64,000 nt of DNA from Alphaproteobacteria bacterium. Its GTDB lineage: Bacteria > Pseudomonadota > Alphaproteobacteria > UBA9219. This document shows positions 48,477-58,805 of the stretch, piece after piece. A program made the position numbers and the translations under genes. A model generated the notes under the pieces. That model was given only the letters and a program-made list of their open reading frames with translations. It was not told where the DNA came from and did not search any database. How positions within the stretch are numbered: the first letter of the stretch is position 1; every line of letters begins with the position of its first letter. The stretch covers positions 65,819 to 129,818 of the forward strand of contig JAFALY010000035.1 in NCBI GenBank assembly GCA_019233975.1. Reading direction: 5' to 3'.

Positions 48477-49812
48477 CATGCAGAAAAAAGTGCACATCAA
48501 AACCTGGGGCTGCCAGATGAATGTATACGACTCGGCGCGCATGGCCGATGTCGTGGCGCCGCTGGGTTTTGCGCCGACCGACGAAGCGGCTGACGCCGAT
48601 CTGGTTATTTTTAACACCTGCCATATTCGTGAGAAAGCGACTGAAAAGCTGTTTTCCGAACTGGGGCGGTTGCGGCCACACCAGCAGGCCAAGCAGGATG
48701 CCGGTGGGCGCATGATGGTTGCCGTCGCCGGATGCGTGGCGCAGGCCGAAGGGGCTGAGATCCAGCGTCGTGCCCCGTTCGTCGATATGGTGTTCGGGCC
48801 GCAGACTTACCACCAACTGCCTGAGATGATCGCGCGCGTGACCCGTGGTGCCGGTGCGGTTTTGAATACGGAGTTTCCACCGGAACCAAAATTCGACGCG
48901 TTGCCCGAAGACAGAACTGCGCCGGGCATCAGCGCGTTTTTATCGGTACAGGAAGGGTGCGATAAATTCTGCACCTTCTGCGTCGTTCCCTATACGCGCG
49001 GCGCCGAATATTCACGCAGCGTGCAGGCGATTGTTGATGAGGCGCAGCGTCTGGTCGCAGCCGGTGCGCGTGAAATCACGGTTCTGGGGCAAAATGTCAA
49101 CGCGTTCCATGGCGAAGGGCCGGATGGCACCGTCTGGGGGCTGGGCCGCCTGTTCCACCGTCTGGCGGAAATAGACGGGTTGCAACGCCTGCGCTACACC
49201 ACATCGCATCCGCGCGATATGGGCGATGATCTGATTGCCGCGCATCGCGACCTGCCGCAATTGATGCCGTTTTTGCATCTGCCGGTACAAAGCGGGTCGG
49301 ATGCCATTCTGGAAGCGATGAACCGCAAACATACAGCGGATGATTATCGCCGCATTGTCGATAAACTGCGTACCGCGCGGCCTAACCTTGCGCTGTCATC
49401 CGACTTTATCGTCGGTTTCCCGGGTGAAACGGACAAGGATTTCGAAGCCAGTTTGCAACTGATCCGCGATGTCGGCTTTGCGCAGGCCTATTCGTTTAAA
49501 TACAGCCGTCGCCCGGGCACGCCCGCCGCCGCCATGACAAACCAGATCGCCGAAGCCGTTAAGGATGAAAGGCTGCAGGCCTTGCAGCAGCTGTTGCGTG
49601 ATCAGCAGGATGCCTTTAACCGTTCGATGATCGGTCAAACCCTGCCTGTCCTGTTTGACGGCCCAAGCCGTCGCGAAGGGCATATGTACGGCCGTACCGC
49701 CTTTATGCAGGCCGTGTATGTCGAAGGCCCTGCGCGTATGCAAGGGCATGAATTGCCGGTTACCATCACGGCGGCGGGCACGAACAGCCTGACCGGTCAT
49801 ATCGCGGTCTGA
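48469..49812 (+). CDS. miaB: tRNA-2-methylthio-N6-dimethylallyladenosine synthase
   Basis: '[12 protein letters not shown]', radical-SAM 'CDKFCTFC' and a C-terminal TRAM domain. Confidence 0.9.
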   Translation: MPDMQKKVHIKTWGCQMNVYDSARMADVVAPLGFAPTDEAADADLVIFNTCHIREKATEKLFSELGRLRPHQQAKQDAGGRMMVAVAGCVAQAEGAEIQRRAPFVDMVFGPQTYHQLPEMIARVTRGAGAVLNTEFPPEPKFDALPEDRTAPGISAFLSVQEGCDKFCTFCVVPYTRGAEYSRSVQAIVDEAQRLVAAGAREITVLGQNVNAFHGEGPDGTVWGLGRLFHRLAEIDGLQRLRYTTSHPRDMGDDLIAAHRDLPQLMPFLHLPVQSGSDAILEAMNRKHTADDYRRIVDKLRTARPNLALSSDFIVGFPGETDKDFEASLQLIRDVGFAQAYSFKYSRRPGTPAAAMTNQIAEAVKDERLQALQQLLRDQQDAFNRSMIGQTLPVLFDGPSRREGHMYGRTAFMQAVYVEGPARMQGHELPVTITAAGTNSLTGHIAV

Positions 49813-49854
49813 CATCCGTCATTAACACTTTAACCATTACATTTGTATTGATTG

Positions 49855-49893
49855 CGTGCGCGGGAATTTGTACAAATCGCGCAGTTATTTTTA
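49855..49893 (+). terminator. hairpin plus U-tract after miaB, containing a 12-bp perfect palindrome ATTTGTACAAAT
   Basis: TGCGCG...CGCGCA 6-bp GC stem followed by GTTATTTTTATC. The loop holds a perfect palindrome that could equally be a protein-binding site. Confidence 0.35.
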
Positions 49894-50131
49894 TCAATGT
49901 TTTTTGTGGGTGGTTGTTATGTTTGGTTTGGGTGGTGGTGATTACAAAGGTCCGCCGACAGATGCAAAGACAAAAGATCAACGTAAGGCGGAAAAGGCAG
50001 CAAGGCCGACACCTACAAATAATGGTAGTTCTTCTGACCGGGGCGGTCGGCTGCCTAATGGTCCCAGATAAACAGATTCCGGCCGCGCATCCTGTGTTAT
50101 AACACCTCATCCGAATCAATGGGAGGATGCC

Positions 50132-50749
50132 ATGGCCAAACGCCCCGCCGCCGCACGTGCCGTTCCTTCAGCCTACAGCGACCTTGAAATTGCCATAGAA
50201 CATAAGGGCTGGGACAGCATTCGCGGCCTGCGCCCGTTGTTGGGTCGTGCCGCCGAAATGACCTTGGCGCATCTGCCCGAAAAATACCGGTTTCCGGTTG
50301 CCTTTACCGTCCTGCTGACAGGCGATAAACAGGTTGAAACCCTGAACCACGACTATCGCGGGCAGAAGAAACCAACCAATGTTTTGTCCTTTCCGCAGGT
50401 GGAACCCGAAGACCTGACGCGCCTTGGCAAGACGGTCAAAGGGCAGAAAAATGCCGCTTTGTGCATCGGCGATATCGCCATGGCCTATCAATATATGGTA
50501 GTTGAGGCGAAAAATGATAACAAGATATTGAAAAATCATGCCGCTCACCTATTAATTCATGGTATTTTGCATCTTTTCGGCTATGATCATCTAACTGACC
50601 CGGAGGCGGGTCGTATGGAACGGTTGGAAACAAAGATCATGGCTGCGCTTGGTCTTCCCGATCCTTACGTGGCCCCTCCCAGAACGGAGCCAAAAAAGGC
50701 GAAAACCGTGGGCAAACAACGTAGCACCCGCGCCAAGCCGAAGCGATGA
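50132..50749 (+). CDS. ybeY: rRNA maturation endoribonuclease YbeY with a Lys-rich C-terminal tail
   Basis: Zn motif 'HGILHLFGYDH'. The C-terminal ~30 aa are 'PPRTEPKKAKTVGKQRSTRAKPKR'. Confidence 0.85.
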   Translation: MAKRPAAARAVPSAYSDLEIAIEHKGWDSIRGLRPLLGRAAEMTLAHLPEKYRFPVAFTVLLTGDKQVETLNHDYRGQKKPTNVLSFPQVEPEDLTRLGKTVKGQKNAALCIGDIAMAYQYMVVEAKNDNKILKNHAAHLLIHGILHLFGYDHLTDPEAGRMERLETKIMAALGLPDPYVAPPRTEPKKAKTVGKQRSTRAKPKR

Positions 50750-51744
50750 ACGACCCTTCCCCATCCCCTCAGGGCAAGATTGCCGAGAAAACCAAACTTG
50801 CCGGTACGGGCGCAGAAGAGCCGCGAACGTGGACCGAGCGCCTATGGCGCGCCCTGCATAACCTCTTGCGCCCGCCCGCCGATGTCGAGGATTTGCGCGA
50901 GGTTGTCGAAGAACTGATCGAAGAACCCCTGTCCGAATCCGGACTGTCGCAGGAAGAACATGTCCTGCTGACGCACCTGATGACACTGCGCGAACGCAAG
51001 GTCAGCGATTGCATGATCCAGCGCACCGATATCATATCGGCGGCAGATGACGCTTCGCTCAGCGATCTTGTCGATCTGATGGCCGCGCACGGCCACAGCC
51101 GCATCCCCATCTATCGTGAAACGCTGGATGACGTTGTTGGCATGGTGCATATCAAGGACATCATGCCCTGTATTGCCTATCAGCAAACACGCAGCGTCGC
51201 GGATTTACTGCGTCCTGTTTTGTTTGTGGCCCCTTCCATGGCGGCGGCAAAGCTGTTGTTGCAAATGCGCCAGACGCGCCACCATGTGGCAATGGTGGTC
51301 GATGAATTCGGCGGTATCGACGGCATGGTGACCATCGGTGATCTGGTGGAACAGGTGGTGGGTGAGATTGAAGACGAACACGACGCGCCGCCTGCGCCCA
51401 TGCTGGTGCGCCGCGCGGATAACACCTTGTTGATCGACGCGCGCATGACCATCGACGATTTCGAAAGCCAGACGGGCCAGCTTTTGCCGCTGCATGCCGA
51501 TGACGATATCGACACGCTGGGCGGTTATGTCGCGCATCTGGCAGGCCGCATGCCGCAGATTGGCGAAAAGATTGTCAGCCAGAACGCCGTGTTCGAGGTT
51601 CTGGAAATGGATCAGGGTCGCATTCGTCGCCTGCGTATGCGTCCGATGCCTGCGCCATCGACGGAATCAAAAGACGGGGCCGCCGCATCATCGGCATCCG
51701 CAGATGCCGCAACCCCGACCGCACAGCGTGTCCGCGTTGGTTGA
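50746..51744 (+). CDS. CBS-pair / CorC_HlyC transporter-associated domain protein (CorC/YbeX-like)
   Basis: Tandem CBS domains followed by a CorC_HlyC C-terminus. A 4-nt overlap with ybeY. Confidence 0.85.
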   Translation: MNDPSPSPQGKIAEKTKLAGTGAEEPRTWTERLWRALHNLLRPPADVEDLREVVEELIEEPLSESGLSQEEHVLLTHLMTLRERKVSDCMIQRTDIISAADDASLSDLVDLMAAHGHSRIPIYRETLDDVVGMVHIKDIMPCIAYQQTRSVADLLRPVLFVAPSMAAAKLLLQMRQTRHHVAMVVDEFGGIDGMVTIGDLVEQVVGEIEDEHDAPPAPMLVRRADNTLLIDARMTIDDFESQTGQLLPLHADDDIDTLGGYVAHLAGRMPQIGEKIVSQNAVFEVLEMDQGRIRRLRMRPMPAPSTESKDGAAASSASADAATPTAQRVRVG

Positions 51745-51745
51745 T

Positions 51746-52381
51746 ATGCAGGACAAACCCACGCAGGCTGATGCAACAAAACTGTTTGCCGGACAGGCGA
51801 CATGCCTTCTGGCCGCCGCCGATGCTGTGCAGTTTCCTGCGACACGTTTACCGGAAATTGCGCTGATCGGTCGGTCGAATGTCGGTAAATCATCGCTCGT
51901 CAACGCTCTGACGGGCCGCAAGGCTTTGGCCCGCGCTTCCAAAACACCGGGCCGCACGCAACAGATCGTGTTTTTTGATGTCGGCCAGAAATTGATGTTG
52001 GCCGACCTGCCGGGCTATGGTCACGCCAAGGCGCCACGTGACGTGCAGGATCAATGGAATAATCTGGTGCATACCTATTTGCGCACACGCCCGCCACTAC
52101 GCTGCGTCTGCCTGTTGATCGATGGACGGCATGGCATTCTGGCGAATGATCTGGGCATGATGCAGTTTCTGGATCGCGCGGCGGTCAGTTACCAGATCGT
52201 GCTGACGAAACTCGACCTCGTAAAACCCCTTGAACGCGACGCGCGCGTGCAACAAACCACGGCACTGATTCAGCGCCATGCCGCAGCGCGCCCGGGCGTG
52301 ATGGCGGTCAGTTCAGAGAAAAATCTGGGCATGGATGAATTGCGCTTGTTCCTCGCCACCATCGCGGCGGGGAAACTCTAA
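51746..52381 (+). CDS. engB: ribosome biogenesis GTP-binding protein YsxC/EngB
   Basis: 'IALIGRSNVGKSSL', 'DLPGYG' and 'TKLD'. The ATG is 1 nt after the corC stop; the listed ORF extends upstream without support. Confidence 0.85.
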   Translation: MQDKPTQADATKLFAGQATCLLAAADAVQFPATRLPEIALIGRSNVGKSSLVNALTGRKALARASKTPGRTQQIVFFDVGQKLMLADLPGYGHAKAPRDVQDQWNNLVHTYLRTRPPLRCVCLLIDGRHGILANDLGMMQFLDRAAVSYQIVLTKLDLVKPLERDARVQQTTALIQRHAAARPGVMAVSSEKNLGMDELRLFLATIAAGKL

Positions 52382-52382
52382 A

Positions 52383-52787
52383 TCACTTCCCCATCGCTTC
52401 AATGACTTTCCATTCTGCCGCGGTGACGGGGGAAACGGACAGGCGGCTCTGGCGAATAAAGACCATGTCTTGCAGGGCTTTTGCGGCCTTGATGGCGGCC
52501 AGTGTGACGGGCGTTTTAACGGCGCGTACGGGGGCGACCGTGACCATGCCAAAACGCTTGCCTTCATCGCTTGGGTCCAGTTCCCACGCGCCGATAATTT
52601 TCATGATGCCGACAACCGCGCGTTCTTCGTTCGAGTGGTAGAAGAACGCCTGATCCCCCACCTTCATCGCCTTCATATTATTGTTGGCCTGATGATTGCG
52701 CACGCCCGTCCATCCGGTCTTGCCGTCTTTGACAAAGGTCTGCCACGCATAGGCAGACGGCTCGGACTTCATCAACCAATAGGCCAT
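52383..52787 (-). CDS. EVE (PUA-like) domain protein
   Basis: 'YWLMKSEP', 'MKVGDQAFFYHSN' and the 134-aa size are typical of the EVE domain. Confidence 0.75.
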   Translation of the reverse strand: MAYWLMKSEPSAYAWQTFVKDGKTGWTGVRNHQANNNMKAMKVGDQAFFYHSNEERAVVGIMKIIGAWELDPSDEGKRFGMVTVAPVRAVKTPVTLAAIKAAKALQDMVFIRQSRLSVSPVTAAEWKVIEAMGK

Positions 52788-52796
52788 GGGAACCCC

Positions 52797-53801
52797 TTAT
52801 GCCTGTTCCGATTTCAAAGGCCGTGCCAACAGGCCGTTGATCGCTTCATCAATCGCCAGCGTGCCCTGTAAGATGCCGCAAACGGCTTCGACCACCGGCA
52901 TATCGACGCCGGATTTGCGGGCCAGCGTTTGCGCGGCCTCTGCCGTGTGTACGCCCTCCGTCACGCTGTTCCGCGCGGCCAGAATATCGGCCAGTTCCTG
53001 CCCTTCGCCAAGCGCGATGCCCAGCGACATATTGCGCGATTGCGGACTGGAGCAGGTCAGGACAAGGTCCCCCATGCCCGAAAGCCCCATCAGCGTATCC
53101 GCCCGCGCGCCGATTTTTTGGCCAAGGCGGATCATTTCGCTCAGGCCCCGTGTGATAAGCGCCGCGCGCGCATTGTCGCCAAGCTTGCGCCCCGCCACGA
53201 TGCCGCAGGCAATCGCGATCACGTTCTTAAGGGCACCGCCCAGCGCCGCACCTGTTACGTCATCGGTGACATAGGGGCGGAAAGTGCGGGTTGCCAGCGC
53301 CGGCGCCAGATCTTGAGCCACTGCCTGATTGGCGGCCAATGTAATGGCGGTCGGCAGGCCGCGCGCCATTTCAGCGGCAAAACTGGGGCCGGATAAAATG
53401 GCGATGGCGCTTTGCGGCCAGACTTCCTGCAAGGTCTGGTGTGGCAGCAGGCCCGTGCCGCGCTCAATTCCCTTAGAGGCAATAATAACCGGTGCCGTTA
53501 CATCACCCGCCGGGGCCAGTTGCCGCGCCAGCTCGCGCATATGCTGTGCCGGGCAGGCAAACAGATAACAATCCGCCCCGTACAAATCGCCGATTATGCC
53601 GGTGGCCTGAATACCGGCATCAAGCGCAATGCCGGGCAGGTGGCGTGTGTTTTCATGGCGCGTGTTGATGATATCGACCAACGGCGTGTGATGCGCCCAG
53701 ACGGTAACGCGGTGTCCGTTGCGGCGCAGATTGGCGGCCAGCGCCGTACCAAACGCACCCGCGCCGATAATGCCAAAATGGCGTGGCGTTGGATTGTTCA
53801 T
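52797..53801 (-). CDS. gpsA: NAD(P)H-dependent glycerol-3-phosphate dehydrogenase
   Basis: 'FGIIGAGAFGTALA' Rossmann fold and GpsA C-terminal domain motifs. Confidence 0.9.
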   Translation of the reverse strand: MNNPTPRHFGIIGAGAFGTALAANLRRNGHRVTVWAHHTPLVDIINTRHENTRHLPGIALDAGIQATGIIGDLYGADCYLFACPAQHMRELARQLAPAGDVTAPVIIASKGIERGTGLLPHQTLQEVWPQSAIAILSGPSFAAEMARGLPTAITLAANQAVAQDLAPALATRTFRPYVTDDVTGAALGGALKNVIAIACGIVAGRKLGDNARAALITRGLSEMIRLGQKIGARADTLMGLSGMGDLVLTCSSPQSRNMSLGIALGEGQELADILAARNSVTEGVHTAEAAQTLARKSGVDMPVVEAVCGILQGTLAIDEAINGLLARPLKSEQA

Positions 53802-54307
53802 TACTGATCGTCCCGGAAGTCGAGCGTGTAATCGCGGATGTTCACGCCAACATCGACTTGCTGGAACCCTTTGGCCTTATACCCGCGCGCATCGCAATTG
53901 CCGTCACCCTGAACGCGGAAGGCTTTGGTGTCAGTGCAGAATTCATACTTGCCGCCCCACAGGAATGGCCGGTGTTCCGGCGTCGGGGTTGAAAGGCCTG
54001 CGGCGTAATAGAAATAGAAACGTTGTTTGAGTGGGTCGCTGTATACGCGCGAACACTGGCCGGGCTCAATCCGCCACCACCCCTCGGAAAACCAGTCCTC
54101 GTGGTTGTCGTCATCGACCGTGTCACGATAACCGATGGCGGCCTCAATCGGTTCCTTGGTTTTGTTGCAAAAAACCATGGCGGCCTGTGCCTGATGCGGA
54201 CAAACAGTCCCCATGAGGCCGAGAATCACGGCCATGGATGCAGCGCGTGCGGGGGGGCTGACCCCCAAAATGCGGAAAAGTGGCGTGAACAAGCGTTTTT
54301 TCAACAT
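53801..54307 (-). CDS. DUF1036-like secreted protein (alphaproteobacterial conserved)
   Basis: Signal peptide followed by 'MVFCNKTKEPIEAAIGYR' and conserved Cys/Trp positions reminiscent of DUF1036. Assigned from memory. Confidence 0.4.
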   Translation of the reverse strand: MLKKRLFTPLFRILGVSPPARAASMAVILGLMGTVCPHQAQAAMVFCNKTKEPIEAAIGYRDTVDDDNHEDWFSEGWWRIEPGQCSRVYSDPLKQRFYFYYAAGLSTPTPEHRPFLWGGKYEFCTDTKAFRVQGDGNCDARGYKAKGFQQVDVGVNIRDYTLDFRDDQ

Positions 54308-54469
54308 GTCTGGTCGGCGGAACGAAAAGCGGTTAACCTTACGGCAATAAAATTGACGTAGCACATCCTAGAGATTAACGACAAGGTGCGGTAGAGGGAA
54401 ACTGTTGCCAGACCCTTGCAACCAAACCCATCCTTACGACCAGCGCCTCATGCCTCAGGGAGCCATAGA

Positions 54470-57166
54470 ATGACAGTCCAAACCGGCCAAGACAGCCTTC
54501 AAACCCGCACCACGCTGACTGTCGGCAATAAAAGCTATGATTATTACAGCCTGAAAACGGTGGAAAAGACGCTGGGTGATTTGTCGCGCCTGCCTTTCAG
54601 CCTCAAAGTCCTCTTGGAAAATCTGCTGCGATTCGAAGATGGGCGCTCGGTAACCGTCGATGATATTAAGGCCATCGGCACCTGGTTGCAGGATCGCAAG
54701 AGCGATACCGAGGTCGCCTATCGCCCCGCACGCGTGTTAATGCAGGACTTCACCGGCGTTCCGGCGGTTGTTGATCTGGCCGCCATGCGCGAAGCCACCA
54801 TTAAACTGGGCGGCGACCCGAAGCGCATTAACCCGCTGTGTCCGGTTGATCTGGTCATCGACCATTCCGTGATGGTTGATTATTTCGGCACCGGCGATGC
54901 CTTCGATAAAAACGTTGATCGTGAGTTTGAACGTAACGGCGAGCGTTATGCCTTCCTGCGTTGGGGCCAAAGCGCGTTTAACAATTTCCGCGTCGTGCCG
55001 CCTGGCACGGGCATTTGCCATCAGGTTAATCTTGAATATCTGGCGCAGACCGTTTGGACGGATCAGGATCAGGGCGGCAAGACGGTCGCCTATCCCGACA
55101 CATGCGTCGGCACCGACAGCCACACAACCATGATCAACGGCCTGTCCGTCTTGGGTTGGGGCGTGGGCGGCATCGAAGCCGAAGCCGCCATGCTGGGTCA
55201 GCCCGTCTCCATGCTGATCCCCGAAGTGGTCGGTTTCAAACTGACCGGCAAACTGAAGGAAGGCACGACCGCAACCGATCTGGTGCTGATGGTCACGCAG
55301 ATGCTGCGTAAAAAGGGCGTCGTCAACAAATTCGTCGAATTTTTCGGCCCGGGCCTGTCGGCCATGTCGCTCGCCGATCGTGCGACCATCGCCAATATGG
55401 CTCCTGAATATGGCGCGACCTGCGGCCTGTTCCCGATTGATGCGGAAACTATCGCCTTCCTGCAATTCTCGGGCCGCGATCCGGACCGTGTGGCACTGGT
55501 CGAAGCCTATGCGAAGGCGCAGGGTATGTGGCGCGATGCGTCTTCGCCCGATCCCGTCTTTACCGATACGCTCGAACTTGATCTGGGTAATGTCGAGCCG
55601 TCATTGGCAGGCCCGCGCCGTCCGCAGGACCGTGTGGCGTTGAAAGATGTCGCGGCCGCGTTTGAAAAAGAACTGCCAAGCTTCAAGGTCGACGTTGCCG
55701 CGCGTGGCAAGAAGGCAGCCGTTGCTGGCGCCGATTACAGCCTGTCGCATGGTGATGTCGTCATTGCGGCGATCACCTCCTGCACGAATACATCCAATCC
55801 GGGCGTATTGATCGCGGCGGGGCTGGTGGCACGCAAGGCGCGGCAGCTCGGTTTGCAGAAAAAGCCGTGGGTCAAAACATCGCTCGCGCCGGGCAGTCAG
55901 GTCGTAACGGATTATCTGGCGAAGGCCGGATTACAGGCGGATCTGGACGCGCTGGGCTTTAATCTGGTGGGTTATGGCTGCACGACCTGTATCGGTAATT
56001 CAGGTCCGTTGCCGGAACCCATCGCCGCCGCGGTGGAGCAGGGTGACCTGGTTGCCGCTGCCGTTCTATCAGGCAACCGCAATTTCGAAGGGCGCGTGAA
56101 CCCGCATTGTAAGGCGAACTATCTGGCCTCGCCGCCGCTGGTTGTCGCTTATGCGCTCGCCGGCAATATTGCGCTTGATCTTGCCACGCAACCACTGGGC
56201 ACCAGCAAGGATGGCAAGCCTGTTTTCCTCAAGGATATCTGGCCCACACAAGCGGAAATCAGCGCCATGCTGAACGCCGCCCTGACGCCCGATATGTTCC
56301 GTTCGCGCTACAGCAACGTGTTCGCCGGACCGCAAAAGTGGCAGCAGATCAACGTGGCAACAGGTCAGACTTATGGCTGGCAGGCGGAATCCACCTATGT
56401 GAAATCGCCGCCGCTCTTTGACAATCTGCCGCGTGAACCGCAGGGCGTGACCGATATTCAGGGTGCGCGTTTGCTGGCGCTTTTGGGTGACTCGATCACT
56501 ACGGACCATATCTCTCCGGCGGGTGATATTAAAAAGAGCAGCCCGGCGGGCTTGTACCTGACGCAGCATGGCGTACCGGTGTCCGAATTTAATTCGTATG
56601 GCGCGCGTCGCGGTAATCACGAAGTCATGATGCGCGGCACATTCGCCAATATCCGTATCAAGAACGAGCTGATGGGCGGCGCCGAAGGCGGCAATACCAA
56701 GCATGTGCCGTCGGGCGAAACGCTGTCGATCTATGACGCCTCCATGCGTTATCAGGCTGACGGCGTGCCGCTGGTCGTCATTGCGGGCAAGGAATACGGC
56801 ACGGGTTCATCGCGCGACTGGGCGGCCAAGGGGACAAAACTTCTGGGTGTTCGCGCCGTCGTTGCCGAAAGCTTTGAACGTATCCACCGTTCGAACCTCG
56901 TCGGCATGGGTGTCTTGCCGCTGGAATTCAAGGACGGCATGACACGCGCCGACCTGAAGCTAACCGGTAACGAAAGCTTCGCCATTTCTGGCGTTGCCGT
57001 CGGGCTGAAACCACGCATGGATGTGACGCTGACGGTAACGCGTGCCGACGGTACGACAACGACCGCGACGCTGCGTTGCCGCATCGATACGTTGGATGAA
57101 GTCGATTATTTCAAGCATGGCGGCATTCTGCCCTATGTCTTGCGCAGCCTGATCAAACAGTCTTAA
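54470..57166 (+). CDS. acnA: aconitate hydratase A
   Basis: 898-aa aconitase/IRP-type protein with [4Fe-4S] Cys ligands ('[10 protein letters not shown]', '[12 protein letters not shown]'). A GGGAG ribosome-binding site precedes the ATG. Confidence 0.95.
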   Translation: MTVQTGQDSLQTRTTLTVGNKSYDYYSLKTVEKTLGDLSRLPFSLKVLLENLLRFEDGRSVTVDDIKAIGTWLQDRKSDTEVAYRPARVLMQDFTGVPAVVDLAAMREATIKLGGDPKRINPLCPVDLVIDHSVMVDYFGTGDAFDKNVDREFERNGERYAFLRWGQSAFNNFRVVPPGTGICHQVNLEYLAQTVWTDQDQGGKTVAYPDTCVGTDSHTTMINGLSVLGWGVGGIEAEAAMLGQPVSMLIPEVVGFKLTGKLKEGTTATDLVLMVTQMLRKKGVVNKFVEFFGPGLSAMSLADRATIANMAPEYGATCGLFPIDAETIAFLQFSGRDPDRVALVEAYAKAQGMWRDASSPDPVFTDTLELDLGNVEPSLAGPRRPQDRVALKDVAAAFEKELPSFKVDVAARGKKAAVAGADYSLSHGDVVIAAITSCTNTSNPGVLIAAGLVARKARQLGLQKKPWVKTSLAPGSQVVTDYLAKAGLQADLDALGFNLVGYGCTTCIGNSGPLPEPIAAAVEQGDLVAAAVLSGNRNFEGRVNPHCKANYLASPPLVVAYALAGNIALDLATQPLGTSKDGKPVFLKDIWPTQAEISAMLNAALTPDMFRSRYSNVFAGPQKWQQINVATGQTYGWQAESTYVKSPPLFDNLPREPQGVTDIQGARLLALLGDSITTDHISPAGDIKKSSPAGLYLTQHGVPVSEFNSYGARRGNHEVMMRGTFANIRIKNELMGGAEGGNTKHVPSGETLSIYDASMRYQADGVPLVVIAGKEYGTGSSRDWAAKGTKLLGVRAVVAESFERIHRSNLVGMGVLPLEFKDGMTRADLKLTGNESFAISGVAVGLKPRMDVTLTVTRADGTTTTATLRCRIDTLDEVDYFKHGGILPYVLRSLIKQS

Positions 57167-57183
57167 TAGGAAAGGGAAATATC

Positions 57184-57897
57184 ATGAGGATCCGTACGCA
57201 ATTACTGATGACCGCCGCGCTGATCGCCTCGTTCGCCACCGCCGCGCAGGCCGAAGAACAGCCCGGTTACCCGCGCCAATTTTCCACCGAAGCGCGTCAC
57301 ATTGTCGCCACGCACTGCCTGAATTGCGGTTCGTCGGAAGGTCAGGCAGTGGGTCAGCAAATGGCCGCGCCTGCGTTGCCGGAAGTCGTTCACTTCGCCA
57401 GCGGTTCGGATAAGCTGGATGCGGGTGGCAAGGCCATTGTCAAGAAAGTTGCTGCTGATCTTAAGTCTCCTGCCTTTGCGCAATCGCATGTGATCGTACG
57501 CGGCTTTGCCGACAGCCAGGGCAAGAATGCCGAGAACCAGCGTTTGTCGTTCCATCGTGCGCTGACGGTCGTCAAGGCGCTGGAAGCCGAAGGCGTGCCA
57601 GCGGCCAAGCTGACGGCGCAGGGTTTTGGTGCCGATGATCCTGTTGGTGACAACAAGACGGGTGCCGGTCGCGCGCTCAACCGCCGCGTGACATTTGAAG
57701 TCGTGTGTTCCATGGGCAACCCGGAATATCCGCGCCCCGTGATACATCACAGCGCCAAACACCACCACATGGGGATGAAGCCGCAAGGTGATGCGCCACA
57801 GGGTACGGCAACGGAGCATAAGCACAAACACCACCATCACCACCACCATGATGATGCGCAGCAGCAGGGCACAACCCCGCCGCAAGGGCAACAGTAA
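57184..57897 (+). CDS. OmpA-family periplasmic protein with a poly-histidine C-terminal tail
   Basis: Signal peptide and OmpA_C domain ('IVRGFADSQG...NQRLSFHRA...NRRV'). C-terminus is 'HHSAKHHHMGM...EHKHKHHHHHHHDD'. Confidence 0.7.
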   Translation: MRIRTQLLMTAALIASFATAAQAEEQPGYPRQFSTEARHIVATHCLNCGSSEGQAVGQQMAAPALPEVVHFASGSDKLDAGGKAIVKKVAADLKSPAFAQSHVIVRGFADSQGKNAENQRLSFHRALTVVKALEAEGVPAAKLTAQGFGADDPVGDNKTGAGRALNRRVTFEVVCSMGNPEYPRPVIHHSAKHHHMGMKPQGDAPQGTATEHKHKHHHHHHHDDAQQQGTTPPQGQQ

Positions 57898-57914
57898 CGG
57901 TCAGGAGCAGGCGC

Positions 57915-58799
57915 GTGGCAAAAACTCAATCATCCTTTGTTATCAGTGACGAGGAATTAGAGGGTTTGCTCACGCGCTATACGCGCGATATCACGGCCAT
58001 GGACCGCGCGGGCAGGTTCGACCCGATATCGGGTCGCGATGATGAAATCAACCAGATGGTCCTCATCCTCCTGCAACGGTTGCGCAAGAATGTCCTGATT
58101 ATGGGGCCAGCCGGTACGGGTAAAACCGCCCTGTTCACAGGTGTTGCGCAGGCCATCAATCAGAACAAGGTGCCGCCCATGCTGGCGGGTGCCCGCCTCA
58201 TTGAACTTGAAATGTCCATGATCGGTGCGGGTTCCGCCTCGCGCGCGGATCTGGAAGGGCGATTGATTCCTATCATCAAAGGCGTGGCTGAACGCAACGC
58301 TGCACGTCAAGGGCCGCCCATTATCTTCTGCATCGACGAAGTGCATCAATTGATGCTGGCCTTTAAGGCGTCCAGTTACGCCGGTGTTGCCGATTTGATG
58401 AAGCCCTACCTGACAGCGGGCGATCTGTATGTGCTGGCAGCGACCACGCGCGAAGAATACGAAGATTACGTGCGCGTTGAACCGGCCATCGATCGCCGTT
58501 TCCAGAAAATCGCCTTGCGCACGCCCGACCTTGCCATGACAGAGACCATTCTTTTAAACATGAAGCCGGGGTTCGAAGAACATTTTGGCCTGACCATTAC
58601 ACCCGAGGCCGTGGCGCGTATTGTCAAACTGACGGACCGCTATATCCGCAACCGCAATAACCCGGATAAATCCATTCTGGCGATGGACTTCGCCTGCGCC
58701 GTCGCCGTTAAACGCGGCGGGCAAAAAACGCTGGATGATAAATCCATTGAAATCGCCGTCGGCGCCGAGGCCGGCATTCACGCCTCTGCGGTGAAGTAG
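57915..58799 (+). CDS. standalone AAA+ ATPase resembling the D1 domain of ClpA/ClpB
   Basis: 'DPISGRDDEINQMVLILLQRLRKNVLIMGPAGTGKTAL' parallels the Clp 'DPVIGRDEEI...NPVLIGEPGVGKTA' block. Walker B 'IIFCIDEVH' and 'NPDKSILAMDFACA' are present. There is no N-domain, D2 domain or ClpP loop. Confidence 0.55.
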   Translation: MAKTQSSFVISDEELEGLLTRYTRDITAMDRAGRFDPISGRDDEINQMVLILLQRLRKNVLIMGPAGTGKTALFTGVAQAINQNKVPPMLAGARLIELEMSMIGAGSASRADLEGRLIPIIKGVAERNAARQGPPIIFCIDEVHQLMLAFKASSYAGVADLMKPYLTAGDLYVLAATTREEYEDYVRVEPAIDRRFQKIALRTPDLAMTETILLNMKPGFEEHFGLTITPEAVARIVKLTDRYIRNRNNPDKSILAMDFACAVAVKRGGQKTLDDKSIEIAVGAEAGIHASAVK

Positions 58800-58805
58800 C
58801 TAAGA

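Noticed and set aside
49848-50119. 84-aa plus-strand and 117-aa minus-strand ORFs in the miaB-ybeY spacer
   Set aside because: Cys/Arg-rich or hydrophobic nonsense overlapping the palindrome/terminator. Only the short Lys-rich frame (49919-50071) has even a weak ribosome-binding site and is mentioned as a low-confidence candidate.
51494-51745. 252-nt upstream extension of the engB ORF overlapping corC
   Set aside because: Extension residues are Arg/Cys-rich nonsense. The ATG 1 nt after the corC stop gives a canonical 212-aa EngB.
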